From assembly GCF_029227915.1 (NCBI RefSeq), contig NC_079879.1, positions 12,196,720-12,260,719 on the forward strand: DNA of 64,000 nt. The letters run 5' to 3'. A model generated the notes under the pieces. The model was not told where the DNA came from and searched no databases. It saw only the letters and a program-made list of their open reading frames with translations. Each line of letters begins with the position of its first letter. Position 1 is the stretch's first letter. The translations under genes were made by a program, and so were the position numbers. Shown in pieces: positions 39,401 through 49,697 of the stretch. The DNA comes from Hydractinia symbiolongicarpus (taxonomy: Eukaryota).

Positions 39401-42400
39401 GGCCATTTTGGTTTGGAAGTGATGGTGTGAAGTTTGTAGGTTTCCTTTCAATCCTCCTTATTTCTTCTGAGTACTTTTTATCCTATAGGATTGTTTAGTT
39501 TGTTTTCACATGTTAAGGTGAATATTTCATCACGTTTTCTAGCTACGTATAAATCTTAAACAAACCAATTTTAAGTTTTTGGCTAGCTACAAAACGTACA
39601 TTTTGAGGCAGCTAGCTAAAGCTATCTTTATTTATTCCTATTCTTTTAAAGTTTTTATTCAGTTTGGTATATTATTATTTATTTTTATGTTGAAGTTGGG
39701 TCTACCTAGCTAGCTCCTCTTTTAGCTACATCCTGCTAAAAAGTGAAAGTAGCCAAATGCAGTTTGGCTGCAACACAATTTATAACAATTCTTATGCTAA
39801 ATGCAGTTGGCAGCGGCCACTTTTATTACTGATTTAAAAATTTAGTATGCAAAATAAAATTGCTGAGTAATTTTTTAAACTAAACCGGGTTAATGCCAGG
39901 CTGTTCACTGATTTCTTTTAAAACCGAAGCGATAAGGATTTTTGGAAAATGGTATTACCCCTATGCTCATGTATGACACGATTCACCTGTTAAGCGCTCA
40001 GCCTGGTGTTAACGACTGGCTGTTTCCTGTGTTTTTATTTGAACCGTTGTGATAAATTTTATTTGGAAAATTTTATTACGCCTGTTACTCATGTATGACA
40101 CAATTTACATGTTAAGTGTTCAGCCTGGTGTTAATGACGGGCTTTTTTTCGTGTTTTTATTTAATCCGTTGTGATAAAGTTTTTTTACCTGCAATAAACA
40201 TTCAACCTGGTGTTAACAACAGGGTGTTTTGTGTTTTTTTTATTTAAATTGAAGTTGCGATAAGTTTTTTTGGGAAAAGGCTATTATGGCTATAACGCAT
40301 GTGTGACACCATTTACATGTACTAAGTGCTCAGTCCGGTGTCATGATTAATTTGTTAAGGTTTACTGAAACGTACTCCACAAAATAAAATAATATTGACT
40401 ATTTTCTTTTCTTATGACTGGGTAACAACAGGTTGTAAACTGTGTTTTTATTTCGGTTAAAGTTGCAGTAAAGTTATATATATACATATATTTTAAAAAG
40501 TACATTACAACCGAAACACTATAATGTTGTGTGAGCTTTACTCAATTCACGACATATTCTGCATACCTGTACTAGAGCACTCCAAGGAGTTTTTTTAGTT
40601 TTTTTATGGGGTAACGACTGGATTTTTCCTGTGTTTTAAGTTAAACCGAAATTGCAGTAAAGTTTTTTATGAAAAGGGTATTATGCGTTCTCGGCCCACT
40701 GTCATGATTAAGTTTTGAACTTTTACGGCAACTTATTCCGCAAAATAAAATAATATTGCCCGATTGTTTTTGCTATGGCGGAGTAACAACGGTTTGTAAA
40801 CTGTTTTAATTCAGCTTTTGTTGCGGGAAATTTTTTTTTTTAAATATCTTACAGTCGCAACACTGCAATGGTGTGTGCCCTCCACTTGATTTACGACATA
40901 CTGCATACCCGTACTAAAGCGCTCCACCTCACCGGGTCGCACAGTTTGCGGTTCTTATTAAGCGCTCCTCAAGGCGTTCAACAACAGTTACTTATGGCTT
41001 AACCCGGCGTTTCCACGCCGGGTCTCCCGGCTATCTTTAATAATAGCCGTATTCCGTCTGTCTGTCTCTGCGCGGACCCCCGCTGAGTTAGAAAATGATG
41101 TTACGGAAACACGAATATCAAATGCGATATATCTTTATCCACTTTGTTGCGACGGGTAAAGTTGAAGGACGGGCGACCCCGTGGATTTTTCCACGGGCTA
41201 ACGGCTTATATATATAATAATCAAATCAAAAATTTAAACTTAAATCCATTCAAAATGATCAGAATGCAAATGAACAAAAATGACATGGCACATAGATTTT
41301 TCAACTTTTCTATGTTTTCAAATAAAGCTGTACTCTTTTTTCTTGATCTTCGCAACAAAATACAATTTCGAAACTTATTCAAGATGTCTTGGAGCCTTTA
41401 GGTGGTTGCCCTAGTAATATTTAAAATACTAAAATATGTTTTCGTACAATATCTTTAACATAGAATTATCCCAGCCTCTTCACTAGAAGAAACATGACAA
41501 GGTATTTCTATTTACATTGCATACACAACCGTTCATATACAAGATGGTTTAATTCTATTTTATGTGTGCTTTTATTCCTTTGCTTTAAAAAACTTTCAAT
41601 ATCCCTAACGCATATGTTATGAAGATTTCTGATCAAAAACTTGGAGTGACAACTTCAACAATGGTTACTTCTAAATATAACCTTTAAATATATATATATA
41701 TATATAGAAAAGGTGTATTTAGAAATACACCATGCAATAAAAAAACATACCTTGAATTCTGAAGGCACTTTACTTGTACTTTTAACACCATGTGTGCTGT
41801 CAAAACCATTTGGAGGACCAACTAAACTCTGATTAAACTTAAAATAATCCTAAAGTAAATAAAAAAACCTAGTACCTCATGAGAAGACTTTGTGCCAAAT
41901 TACATTTTTTTAATCCATCCATAATTTTAGATAGTTGCAATTCGTGAACATTTATAGATTCTAAGTATAACCTCCTAATGAATGCTTATTAGATTGTAAA
42001 AATATATTTTTTTAAAAACCATCCAAGTTCAAAAATTAATACTGATGGAATATTGAAATTGCAAATTCTAATTACCTCAAAATACAATTTTAGAGCAAAA
42101 CACTAAACAAACTATTTTACCTTAGTTTTTCCTAATGATAATTGACATGCTAACATGAATCGGCTACCAGTTAGTGAAGATGGCTTTGAATATTTTATGC
42201 AAGTTCTATAAATTACAAAGACTTTTTTTTTTGCTTGTTTTAGAAGGTTGGTAGTATTTAATGGAGACATTAAAGGATTATGATAGGTTATAAAGTTAAA
42301 AAAGTCCTTAGTATATGACAACTTTCTTGCTGCTAGGGGCCTGTTTATTTTTATTTGAAGAAACCTTGAAAAACATCTGCATCAAAGGTAATCTGGTATA

Positions 42401-45400
42401 TTACTACACTTATTTTGTCTATTAAAATGGCTTCACACAGTTTGATTTCTGATCTGCAGATGCTGACAGATGAAACTATCTGAAATGGTAGCACACTGCT
42501 TACAGACGAACAAAGATGACGACAGATGCAGGAAATATCTGTGCTTGAATCCCCTCATAGAGTTGTATGTCACAAAACATTCGTCAACTTAAATGAATAA
42601 AACTTGGAAAATATGTATATGAGGAATGTATCTACTGTCTGTACCAAATTTTATTATAGAATCTAATGACTTACGTTGGACAGGTTGCAAAATATATTCC
42701 ATTCCCAAGCATTCCAGCATCTGTACGGCTTCCACCATAATCATCCACCACAATTTTTGGCAACAGTAATCCCCTAAAATAATAATGAACAATTTTGTTA
42801 TCAAAACCACTGTAAACAATAACCAGGATCTTTTTTCAAGTGTGCTACAATCCCAAAAGAGTAAAAAATGACCCAGTTACCAATAACTCATTTTGCATTT
42901 TTAAGATTTCTAATGTAATACAGAACACTAACAACATTTTTTTCTTCTTCTTTTTTTTCACACACTTAAGTGTTTGAACAGTATGTTGCAATACCACAAA
43001 ATTATAAATGATAAATTGGCATGTATTTTACCTTGATAATATTCCAACAAAATTTTTTGCCTAGAACGGTAAAATAATACAATCTGTTAGTAAAATTGAA
43101 TATTACCAAAATAAGAGTTGCATATTCAAATCAAATTATTCAAAGACCTAGAACAAGCAAACAAATACAATAACAATGTATTATTAATGTTAGGAGTTTT
43201 GACAGTTAGGATAGCTGATGATTTGATTATTTAGTTAATTAAAAAAAAAATCGATTTTCTCTGAACGATCTTTGCTTTTTATGTTCAGAAAATGTCCTAT
43301 AAATTAAATCCCTGAAATTCAAATTTGGAAGAAAAAAATATTTTTCCCCAGGATATTATTATTTCCTCGTTAATTTTACACATGAAGAAATGAATTAAAA
43401 AAAAACTTAAGTAACTCTGGTTTTGGTTTCATCCATATTCTGATTTTATGAATTAAGAAAATAAGTCGATGAAAGCAATTAATAAAATAATACAATTCAT
43501 TATCAACAACAAAAACAAAAATAGATAAATTGAAGTAGTACCTCAGAAGCATGGAAAAATGGTCCCGACTTGTCACAATGCAATTTCGGTTCTGAGCAGC
43601 GATCCAATTCAAATATATTTAAAACTTCAATTTTTTCTTCACTGTGTAGAAAGAAATTATCATTATTATACCAACGCAAAGATTATTCCATATCTTCTCA
43701 ACACCTCAGAAACAAAAGCAAACATCAGCAGTAAAACAATTTTTTGAATTTCGTTGAAGTGTAATTGCAGTTTTAACTAACAACCTTTTCAGTAAAAAAA
43801 ATATTAGAAGCACAAATAATACCTATTAATAGCATTTATAATATCTTTATGCACTTCCTTGTACCTTTCACCATGCAGTTTTTCGATATGGCAGCCTAAA
43901 GCTTTATACTTTGCTTCAGCGCTGGTTTTAGTTTGCCAATTGGTAGATTCATTGATGCTTGCAAAATCTTTCATAAGCTTATTAAAAAAAATGATTTGTG
44001 AACAAAAAATACATGTAAAAACTTGAACACGAAACTTAGACAAGATACAAGAAATACAGATCATATACCTGACATAAATCTGACTTTTGAGAAATTATTT
44101 TCATGCTGTCAATCATGATCCTTTGATTATGGCGATGTTGAATGACATCATAAAATTCATCACTTAAATCTTCAACTGCCTGTTTATTCACAACACAATC
44201 TTTAAGACGTAGTAAAATCCCTTCAGCTTTCGTTACATGAGCCATATTGTATGATTTAATTGGATTTGCTAAAACTTCATTGAGTTTACCATGAGCTTCT
44301 GTCCAAAATGTATCAATTAGTGCAGAAACCTCAGAGGAAAGCTCATTTATACTTTCAAATGTGCGATTCGGCCACTAAAAGGATGCAAAATTAGAAAATA
44401 CACGCCATGTAAGGTAAAAAACAATAAACGTTTTTTATGTATAATACAGTTAAAAAAGGTATACCATATATAAATATTCGGTCCCAATAAGCAATGATTT
44501 TGATAGATTTGTTTGAACAGTAGTCATAGCAAATGAATCACTCCATAAACCCAACACTTCTTCACTTTCTCTTCCAGTAGATGTCACACGATACTCAGAT
44601 TTGACATCAAGAGGATTCTACAGTAACAAAATTTTGAGAGATTCCATAAAGAACGGAATTAATCACTCTAAAAATCACCTTTCATCTCTACACATGGAGC
44701 AAAAGCATTTGCAAACAAGAAAAATGCAAGATTATCTCTCTTAGACATCAACATGTTGTGTTGGATTTGTAAGCCTTTGTGGATTACAAAATGAAAAAGT
44801 GTGGTGCAGATAAACAAATCATAGAAACCTTGCAATACAGGTGATCTCCATATTGATGCCATACTCTGTACTTCTTATTGTTTTGTTCATCAACTTGCAC
44901 ATGCAACTCGAATAAATGAAAAGGAATTTTTTCTTGTTTCTTAGATTCCTAAGTAAAATCACATGCTAACAGTAACAGGGCTATCTTTAAAGTAAAAAAA
45001 TATAAATTTATTGTAGTCTGGACTCCTAAAGTTACCTTTAAAAGGACATATTTTGGAACTTCAAAAGGAGTATTTTTCCAAGGTCCATCTACCTTGTCTG
45101 ACCAGATTCTAAAACACAAATTACAAGACATTGGCATTAATGAGGGATACCTCATAATTTGTATTGTATACAAGTTTTGCTCAGATATTTATTTTCAGAT
45201 AGCTTCTGTTTGCTTTCTCTTAGACATCATTGATTTTTAATCTTCCTCCTTGTCTTGTATTTAGGAAACATTTTGTCATTTTGTTCACTGGGAATAGCCT
45301 TTTGATCTTTCTATATTAAATCTCTCATGACGCTGCAAATATAAAATTGGTGTGCAAATATGGGGTGGGTCCTAACAGAAGGATGACAAATAAAAAATGG

Positions 45401-47707
45401 GAGCTTAGAAATGGCTTCACACTATGTTATATATATGTAAAAATTATGAAATATGGTGCTGGCACACAATAAAGCAAAAATTGAAAGTAAACAAAAAAAA
45501 CCTGCTCGTTTTACACACTCTGCCTTAAAATGAAAGATTTGTTGGTCAACACTTGGTCAACCAACAATCCAGCACTGGCATGCATGCACTTTCTATTTTA
45601 ATTAACCCTGCACAAGGATACAGGGTCAGGCCTCTCTCCCTTCCCCCAGATTTAAAGAAATTTATTGGACTGTCTTAAGTTGCTATTCTAAGCAATATAA
45701 CAAGCTTAAATTGCAAATGAGTCAATAGGAAAATCAAGTCATAGAAATATTCAATTAAGGTATGTTACTTTGTTTATGATATATTTAGACCCAACATGAG
45801 CTCACACCTCTCTTTTTTAAAAATTTGTTGAATCACATACAATAATATTCATCAGTCTTCTTATCAAAAGATCTTGAAAAATTTACATTACACATGTTTA
45901 AAGATACACAATAGACAATATCCCTAACGTTATAAGAACATAAAACAAAAATGAAAGCTGGGCGGCTCTGTGTGAAACAACTACAACACTAAATCATAAC
46001 CTTGTCATCTCTTCCAGTGTAGTCAAATAATGAAAAATTACAAGCTTTAAAGGAAACTCACCTGAAGAACAACAACATAAGGTCTTAATTAGAAGCATGC
46101 ATTAAAAATGTCCTCAAAACATTACATAACAAAAACAAACAAATGTGTTCACTATTTCAACAACCAGAAAAAAATAATTAGAGGACAAGAATTCTTCTAA
46201 GGAAGTATAATTTTTTTTAGGAAAAATGACATAAAATACTAACTTTAGGCTAGCTAGATTAACCTCTCTTTTTCTCAGTTTCTTGTCATTACTGTGCGCT
46301 AAAAAGAAACAAAACAAGTTTATTATTTCACACTTTTTATTCTAATACTTGACCAAAGAGACATAATGAACTTAGAAAAAAAGATCAGATGAGCAGTTTA
46401 TAAAAAAGAAGAGTATTATGTCAGACAAAATCCCTAACAACCTCTATTTTTATTTCACTCGAAGCAAAAAGTGTATTTCACAACAAAATCTTTTTAATTT
46501 TCGCAGTTATGTTCTTTCTAAAATATAAAATGTTGGGAATCTAGTAAAAAGGAATATTCATCAAAGTTCTAGCTATTTTGGGTCGACTTAATTTTATTTG
46601 ATTACAGCAAAACACCATAACTTAAGCTATAACTTGATTTTCATTTAATTCTGCATCTTTTAATTTTTATCAAATTCGCAAGTGGAATCTGAGACAATGA
46701 CTAACATGTAATACTGGGTCTTAAGTATAAAGAAACACACTATATAGCTTGATAAAACACAAACATACTTATTACAATCTTTCCTGTCTTTAATTCATTG
46801 CTCTCCAACTTTTTGAAGACTAAATAGGGCTCCAAATCAACCAGCTTTTGTGACAGCAAACAATTTTTAAGAAAGTCAGAAGTAATCACAGGGATGTTGT
46901 ATGTTCTTGCTCGTTCACATCGAAATGAGGATTTTGCATATTCTGCTGTTGACACAATCACATGAGTTGTCTAAACATTTAAGTCAAACGCAAATTATAA
47001 AAAATTTGTGTTTCATTCAAGAAAAGTAAGAAAAAGTCATTTTAACAACAGTTTCTTCTCTGGATAGGCTGTGTTGTGAAAAACTACAGTGTGCATATAC
47101 ACAGTCCTTTTACACCTGAAAATACATAAAGATAATCTAAGCAGTGGAAATAAATAGAAACAATCACATAGTCTTTGCGTGGTGCAACATCGAATTTCAT
47201 TACATTATGCAACAACTGCCTAGAAATTAACACACACAAGATGTCTACAAATAATAAAATGTTATAGTCTTTTGATATTTTAAGAACAATATACAACAGT
47301 GATATTTACACTTTGCAAAAAAGCTTTTAAGCAGTTTTATAATTATCATTAGACTATACAGTTAATAATAACAATGATGTTTCAAAAAAGGTTATGATGT
47401 TTAAACTAAATGTTTAGAAAATTGCAACAGTTAAAACAGAATCGTGATACTTTCCAAAGACATTTATATTTCAAATTTTGTTCATTATCAAGCAGGTCCT
47501 TTGCCAGTGATATTGCTTATTTTGACTGGATAAAAATTTGATAGGCTATAAAATGATGACGACTCCAGTTTGCTATTTACTTACTTTCTTTGTAACAATA
47601 TAACTGATAACACCATTATTTTTGGTGACAATCTGACGTAGATTTTGCCTGTCTTTGAGTGAGGCTGTAATTCCTATGTCCAGCGTAAAAACACAGTTTG
47701 AAAACAT
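30233..47707 (-). CDS. PARP4: Vault poly(ADP-ribose) polymerase (PARP4)-like gene, whole CDS span of ~30 exons: BRCT, PARP regulatory/catalytic, VIT, vWA
   Basis: Exons read across splice sites. N-terminus MFSNCVFTLDIGITASLKDRQNLRQIVTKNNG matches human PARP4 'GIFANCIFCLKVKYLPQQQKKKLQTDIKENGG'. BRCT block is HVIVSTAEYAKSSFRCERARTYNIPVITSDFL. Catalytic blocks are PFFHASEAKNFVGILSRGLLLPKIVVDDYGGSRTDAGMLGNGIYFA, SRFMLACQLSLGKTK, FDSTHGV and DDEYCIYDVSRLQV, which match the PARP H-G-S / Y / E signature context of PARP4. VIT block is CGFEAFINGKHIIGHVKEKEQARKEYKEAISKGHGAYLMEEQ...DVFTVSVGNLPPHADVLIKITYVAEL. vWA block is VVFLIDLSNSM..GGTHLWKPL..VFLFSDGHISDE..FTFGL. The stop codon is at 30233-30235. Confidence 0.8.
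31118..33250 (-). CDS. PARP4: PARP4-like vWA-domain exon cluster (~8 exons, including ~33157-33250 'VVFLIDLSNSMK', ~32055-32290, ~31850-31955)
   Basis: It carries the vWA MIDAS-type 'DxSxS' block (FLIDLSNSM), 'GGTHLWKPL', 'VFLFSDGHISDE' and 'RMFTFGL'. Exon boundaries are approximate. Confidence 0.65.
34330..35568 (-). CDS. PARP4: PARP4-like VIT-domain exon cluster (4 exons, ~35432-35568, ~34900-34984, ~34640-34777, ~34330-34487)
   Basis: ..PLTAVHVRAKLQDLASE | VVVLQAYTNESTVAIEAKYVFPLDSMAA | VCGFEAFINGKHIIGHVKEKEQARKEYKEAISKGHGAYLMEEQEEQ | DVFTVSVGNLPPHADVLIKITYVAELQLEGEQISFVLPRCVAPW. This matches the VIT consensus of VWA5A, ITIH and PARP4. The acceptor of the first exon (aatag|ATTTCAAT, 35568) directly abuts a solo repeat copy. 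Confidence 0.7.
35575..35700 (+). mobile_element. Solo short copy of the same repeat family (head TATAATACCCGTATACGTCTGTCTGTC plus hairpin CCCTTGG-ATTTTT-CCATGGG, ending CTAG)
   Basis: It is collinear with 5925-6035 and with the 41043-41210 short copy. Confidence 0.5.
37326..37369 (-). CDS. PARP4: PARP4-like catalytic exon with the catalytic Glu region (DDEYCIYDVSRLQVT, matching PARP4 'DDEFVVYKTNQVKMK')
   Basis: Acceptor is tacag|GATGATGAATAT and donor is GTTAC|gtaagtg. Length is 44 nt, phase 0 to 2, joining in frame to 37137-37246 (HIVEFKTPKDTLLVHKFNPELSEDEGIESDMEQSEEG). Confidence 0.65.
37736..41210 (+). repeat. Head-to-tail tandem array inside a PARP4-like intron: 2 full units (~37736-39162, ~39163-41042) plus a 165-bp third copy, all of the TAATAGCCGTATTCCGTCTGTCTGTCTCTGCGC-headed element
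   Basis: Identical 33-nt heads sit at 37736, 39163 and 41043. Each unit ends ...GCCGGGT(T/C)TCCCGGCTATCT(C)TTTAA (a perfect palindrome) immediately before the next head. Each unit holds ~150-bp internal subrepeats (...actgtactaagcgctcagcc(c/t)(a/g)gtgt...). Units 1 and 2 are collinear over more than 1 kb. Confidence 0.7.
41751..41849 (-). CDS. PARP4: PARP4-like catalytic exon (DYFKFNQSLVGPPNGFDSTHGVKSTSKVPSEFK)
   Basis: It matches PARP4 'DLHEKDFSLTEAPPGYDSVHGVSQTASVTTDFE'. Acceptor is ctttag|GATTATTTTAAG and donor is TTCAAG|gtatgtt. It is the last exon before the 4.4-kb intron that holds the tandem array. Confidence 0.7.
42675..42773 (-). CDS. PARP4: PARP4-like catalytic exon carrying the nicotinamide-pocket 'G(x)3GIYFA' motif
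   Basis: GLLLPKIVVDDYGGSRTDAGMLGNGIYFA matches human PARP4 'GLLLPKVVEDRGVQRTDVGNLGSGIYFS'. Acceptor is ttttag|GGGATTACTG and donor is CCAAC|gtaagtcat. Confidence 0.75.
43542..43641 (-). CDS. PARP4: PARP4-like catalytic exon (EEKIEVLNIFELDRCSEPKLHCDKSGPFFHASE, the H-G-S motif region)
   Basis: Acceptor is ctacacag|TGAAG and donor is TCTGAG|gtactac. It joins in frame to the 29-nt exon at 43032-43060 (AKNFVGILSR) and to 42675-42773 (GLLLPKIVVDDYGGSRTDAGMLGNGIYFATCPT). Confidence 0.7.
44069..44374 (-). CDS. PARP4: PARP4-like exon (PARP alpha-helical regulatory domain; ..LSDEFYDVIQHRHNQ.. matches PARP1 'LSNRFYTLIPHDFG')
   Basis: Acceptor is cttttag|TGGCCGAATCG and donor is TTATGTCAG|gtatatgat. 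Length is 306 nt, phase 0 to 0. Confidence 0.65.
46769..46970 (-). CDS. PARP4: PARP4-like exon 2 (BRCT domain core, TTHVIVSTAEYAKSSFRCERARTYNIPVITSDFLKNCLLSQKLVDLEPYLV...)
   Basis: Acceptor is ttag|ACAACTCATG and donor is GTAATAA|gtatgtttg. A BRCT-like hydrophobic core is present. The phase join to the next catalogued exon is unresolved, so intervening exons may be missed. Confidence 0.6.
47585..47707 (-). CDS. PARP4: PARP4-like exon 1 (start codon, N-terminal part of the BRCT region)
   Basis: The ATG is the complement of 47705-47707. The donor is AAAGAAAG|gtaagtaaat at the complement of 47583-47584. Length is 41 codons, phase 0. Confidence 0.65.
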
Positions 47708-48455
47708 CTCTTGATCTGTTTAGTAATGCATTTAATTAACTCTAAATAAAATCAAGTTATTAAGCTGGCAACACAATTTGAAATTGTATAATTTTTGTGT
47801 ATATAATTCTAATTAATGAACAAATAAGTTTGTATTAAGAGAAGCTGAAATCATTGGAATTTGCTTTTCTCAACTATACTTTGTTAGAGGAATGCGATTG
47901 CATATGCACGCGCCCTGCACACATATACATTTGTTCAAGTGTGTGATGTGTAAGTCTTTGTTTTCTTAGCTCTTTGAATACTTTCCCAAATATTATCAAA
48001 ATTGTGAAAATGTGAAATATAAACTCAGAGATCTATTTATTAAGAAGGCTTTGCAGCACTTATTGTTAACTTAATCCTTTTTTCAGAAGCCTATTTAATT
48101 GACTTGTTTTTACTTGTGGCTGCACTTTTACTATAAATATCAGGGTTGGAATTAGAAAAGTAAAATCGGTTCGCAAAAATTTCGTTTAAACTTGTGAACC
48201 CCATGTTAACATGTATTTATTGTCATATAAAACAAAGAGTGAGACAATATCAATGACCCCGTAAATATAGCTAAGGTGTTGGGTTATACAATAAAGATTG
48301 CATTATGAGTATTGGATGAAAGTATTATTGAGCAAGGAAGATTATTAGAAAGCAAGAGAAGCTGTTGGATTCCATCAAAAAGATTATAGACTATCAGAAC
48401 AAAAGATTACTGAGAAAGAAGAATATTAGAAAGTCTTATAGAAGACAAAAGGTTA

Positions 48456-48958
48456 GTGGTATTATTAATTATCAATGGTAGCAGAATTGGAACGATCTAT
48501 ATTATGACCTCAAAAAGTTACAAAAATCCACCAGTGTTAAAAGATGGGTCCAATTATATTGATTGGAAAAAGGAGTTAGAAGTGTGGCAAGCACTTACAG
48601 ATTTAACTGATGAGAAGAAAGCTTTAGCTGTATTTGCTTCTTTAGATGGTAAGGCAAAAAGACTGCCTTACAGCTTGACATTCAAGATTTAAAAACTGTA
48701 GATGGTATTACAAAACTTACAGGCAAATTGGACAAGATATTTCTTAAAGATGTAAAGCATCGTGCATATGAAACATATGAAACATTTGAGCAATTTAAAA
48801 GGAAGAAGGACATGTTGTTACAGGATTATACCAGTGAGTTTGAAGACCTTTACTATAATTTGAAAAAGTATGATATTGATTTACCAGATGCTGTTACAGC
48901 TTATCGATATTTACAGTACCGCTTGAATGTAACTTTACATGTATGTGATGATAGATAG
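48456..48958 (+). mobile_element. LTR-retrotransposon gag remnant (two ORFs, frame-shifted)
   Basis: 'LKDGSNYIDWKKELEVWQALTDL..KKALAV' resembles the N-terminal gag motif of copia/gypsy elements (xFDGxNYxxWK). No pol follows, so the element is truncated. Confidence 0.4.
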
Positions 48959-49679
48959 ATAGATGTGCATATTTGACATGGCTAGCCTCACAAATATCGA
49001 GGGATATACCCTGTCTATTATTTCCAGAAGGGGCCATGGCTTAGATGGAGAGTCCATGGCTTAGATGGAGAGTATTTATTGCTCATTTTGAGCTACGCAG
49101 ACCCAATTAGGACCCACACTCTACTAGACAACTCCAGGCAACATCCAACGGCCCACACAGTGTGCCATCTTCCCAATTTCCCTCACATGGCTTGGGTTAA
49201 CCCGGGGCTATTGTTTCACACGAGTCTTTTAGTAAAATGCTGTTTACAGTACTGTCCAGATGTAAGCGTGCGCGTACACTCAACTCGCAAATATAATTGC
49301 TTTTATTCAAAAAAATATATATTCGATTCACAATTTTATCATTTTCTTTGCAAAGTGATTCACAAAAATGGCATTTTCGATTCGCAAATAGCAAATTGTG
49401 AACTGCTAATTTGAACCCTGAATATTATTAAAGGAATACGTCAATATTTATTTGTTCCGTTCCGAACCACTTTTGTGATTTTATAAAAATAGTAATATAT
49501 AATAAAAAAAACATTGACAATAAGGGAATATTATTTTAAGTAATAATTTTCCTGCTCCATCATCAGTTAAAAAATCAGATATATTATGGGTCCAGAATTT
49601 AAAGAATGATTCCTCTTAATGAAACAAAGTTGTATAAGTCTGTCTTGTAAAAAAAAGCAGTAGCTAGCTAGGGGAAGAA

Positions 49680-49697
49680 GGGGGGGGGGGGGGGGGT
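49680..49697 (+). repeat. G18 homopolymer tract
   Basis: I counted the run directly in the sequence (gaag + g17 + tcggcccc). Confidence 0.9.

Noticed and set aside
37736-41210. The tandem array as a 5S rRNA or spliced-leader RNA gene cluster.
   Set aside because: No match to the 5S consensus (GCCTACGGCCATACC...), no Sm-site-bearing SL-like unit. The units show repeat-family hallmarks instead: a shared head, hairpin tails, and solo dispersed copies.
44679-44689. The canonical-looking donor AAAG|gtgatt at 44679 for the PARP4-like exon at 44865.
   Set aside because: It leaves phase 1, and the only downstream acceptor (ctgtag|AATCC, 44617) then hits a stop. The weaker donor TGT|gtagag 10 nt upstream keeps the frame (..NAFAPC|NPLDVKSEY..). 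The boundary is unresolved, so I flag it and do not assert either.
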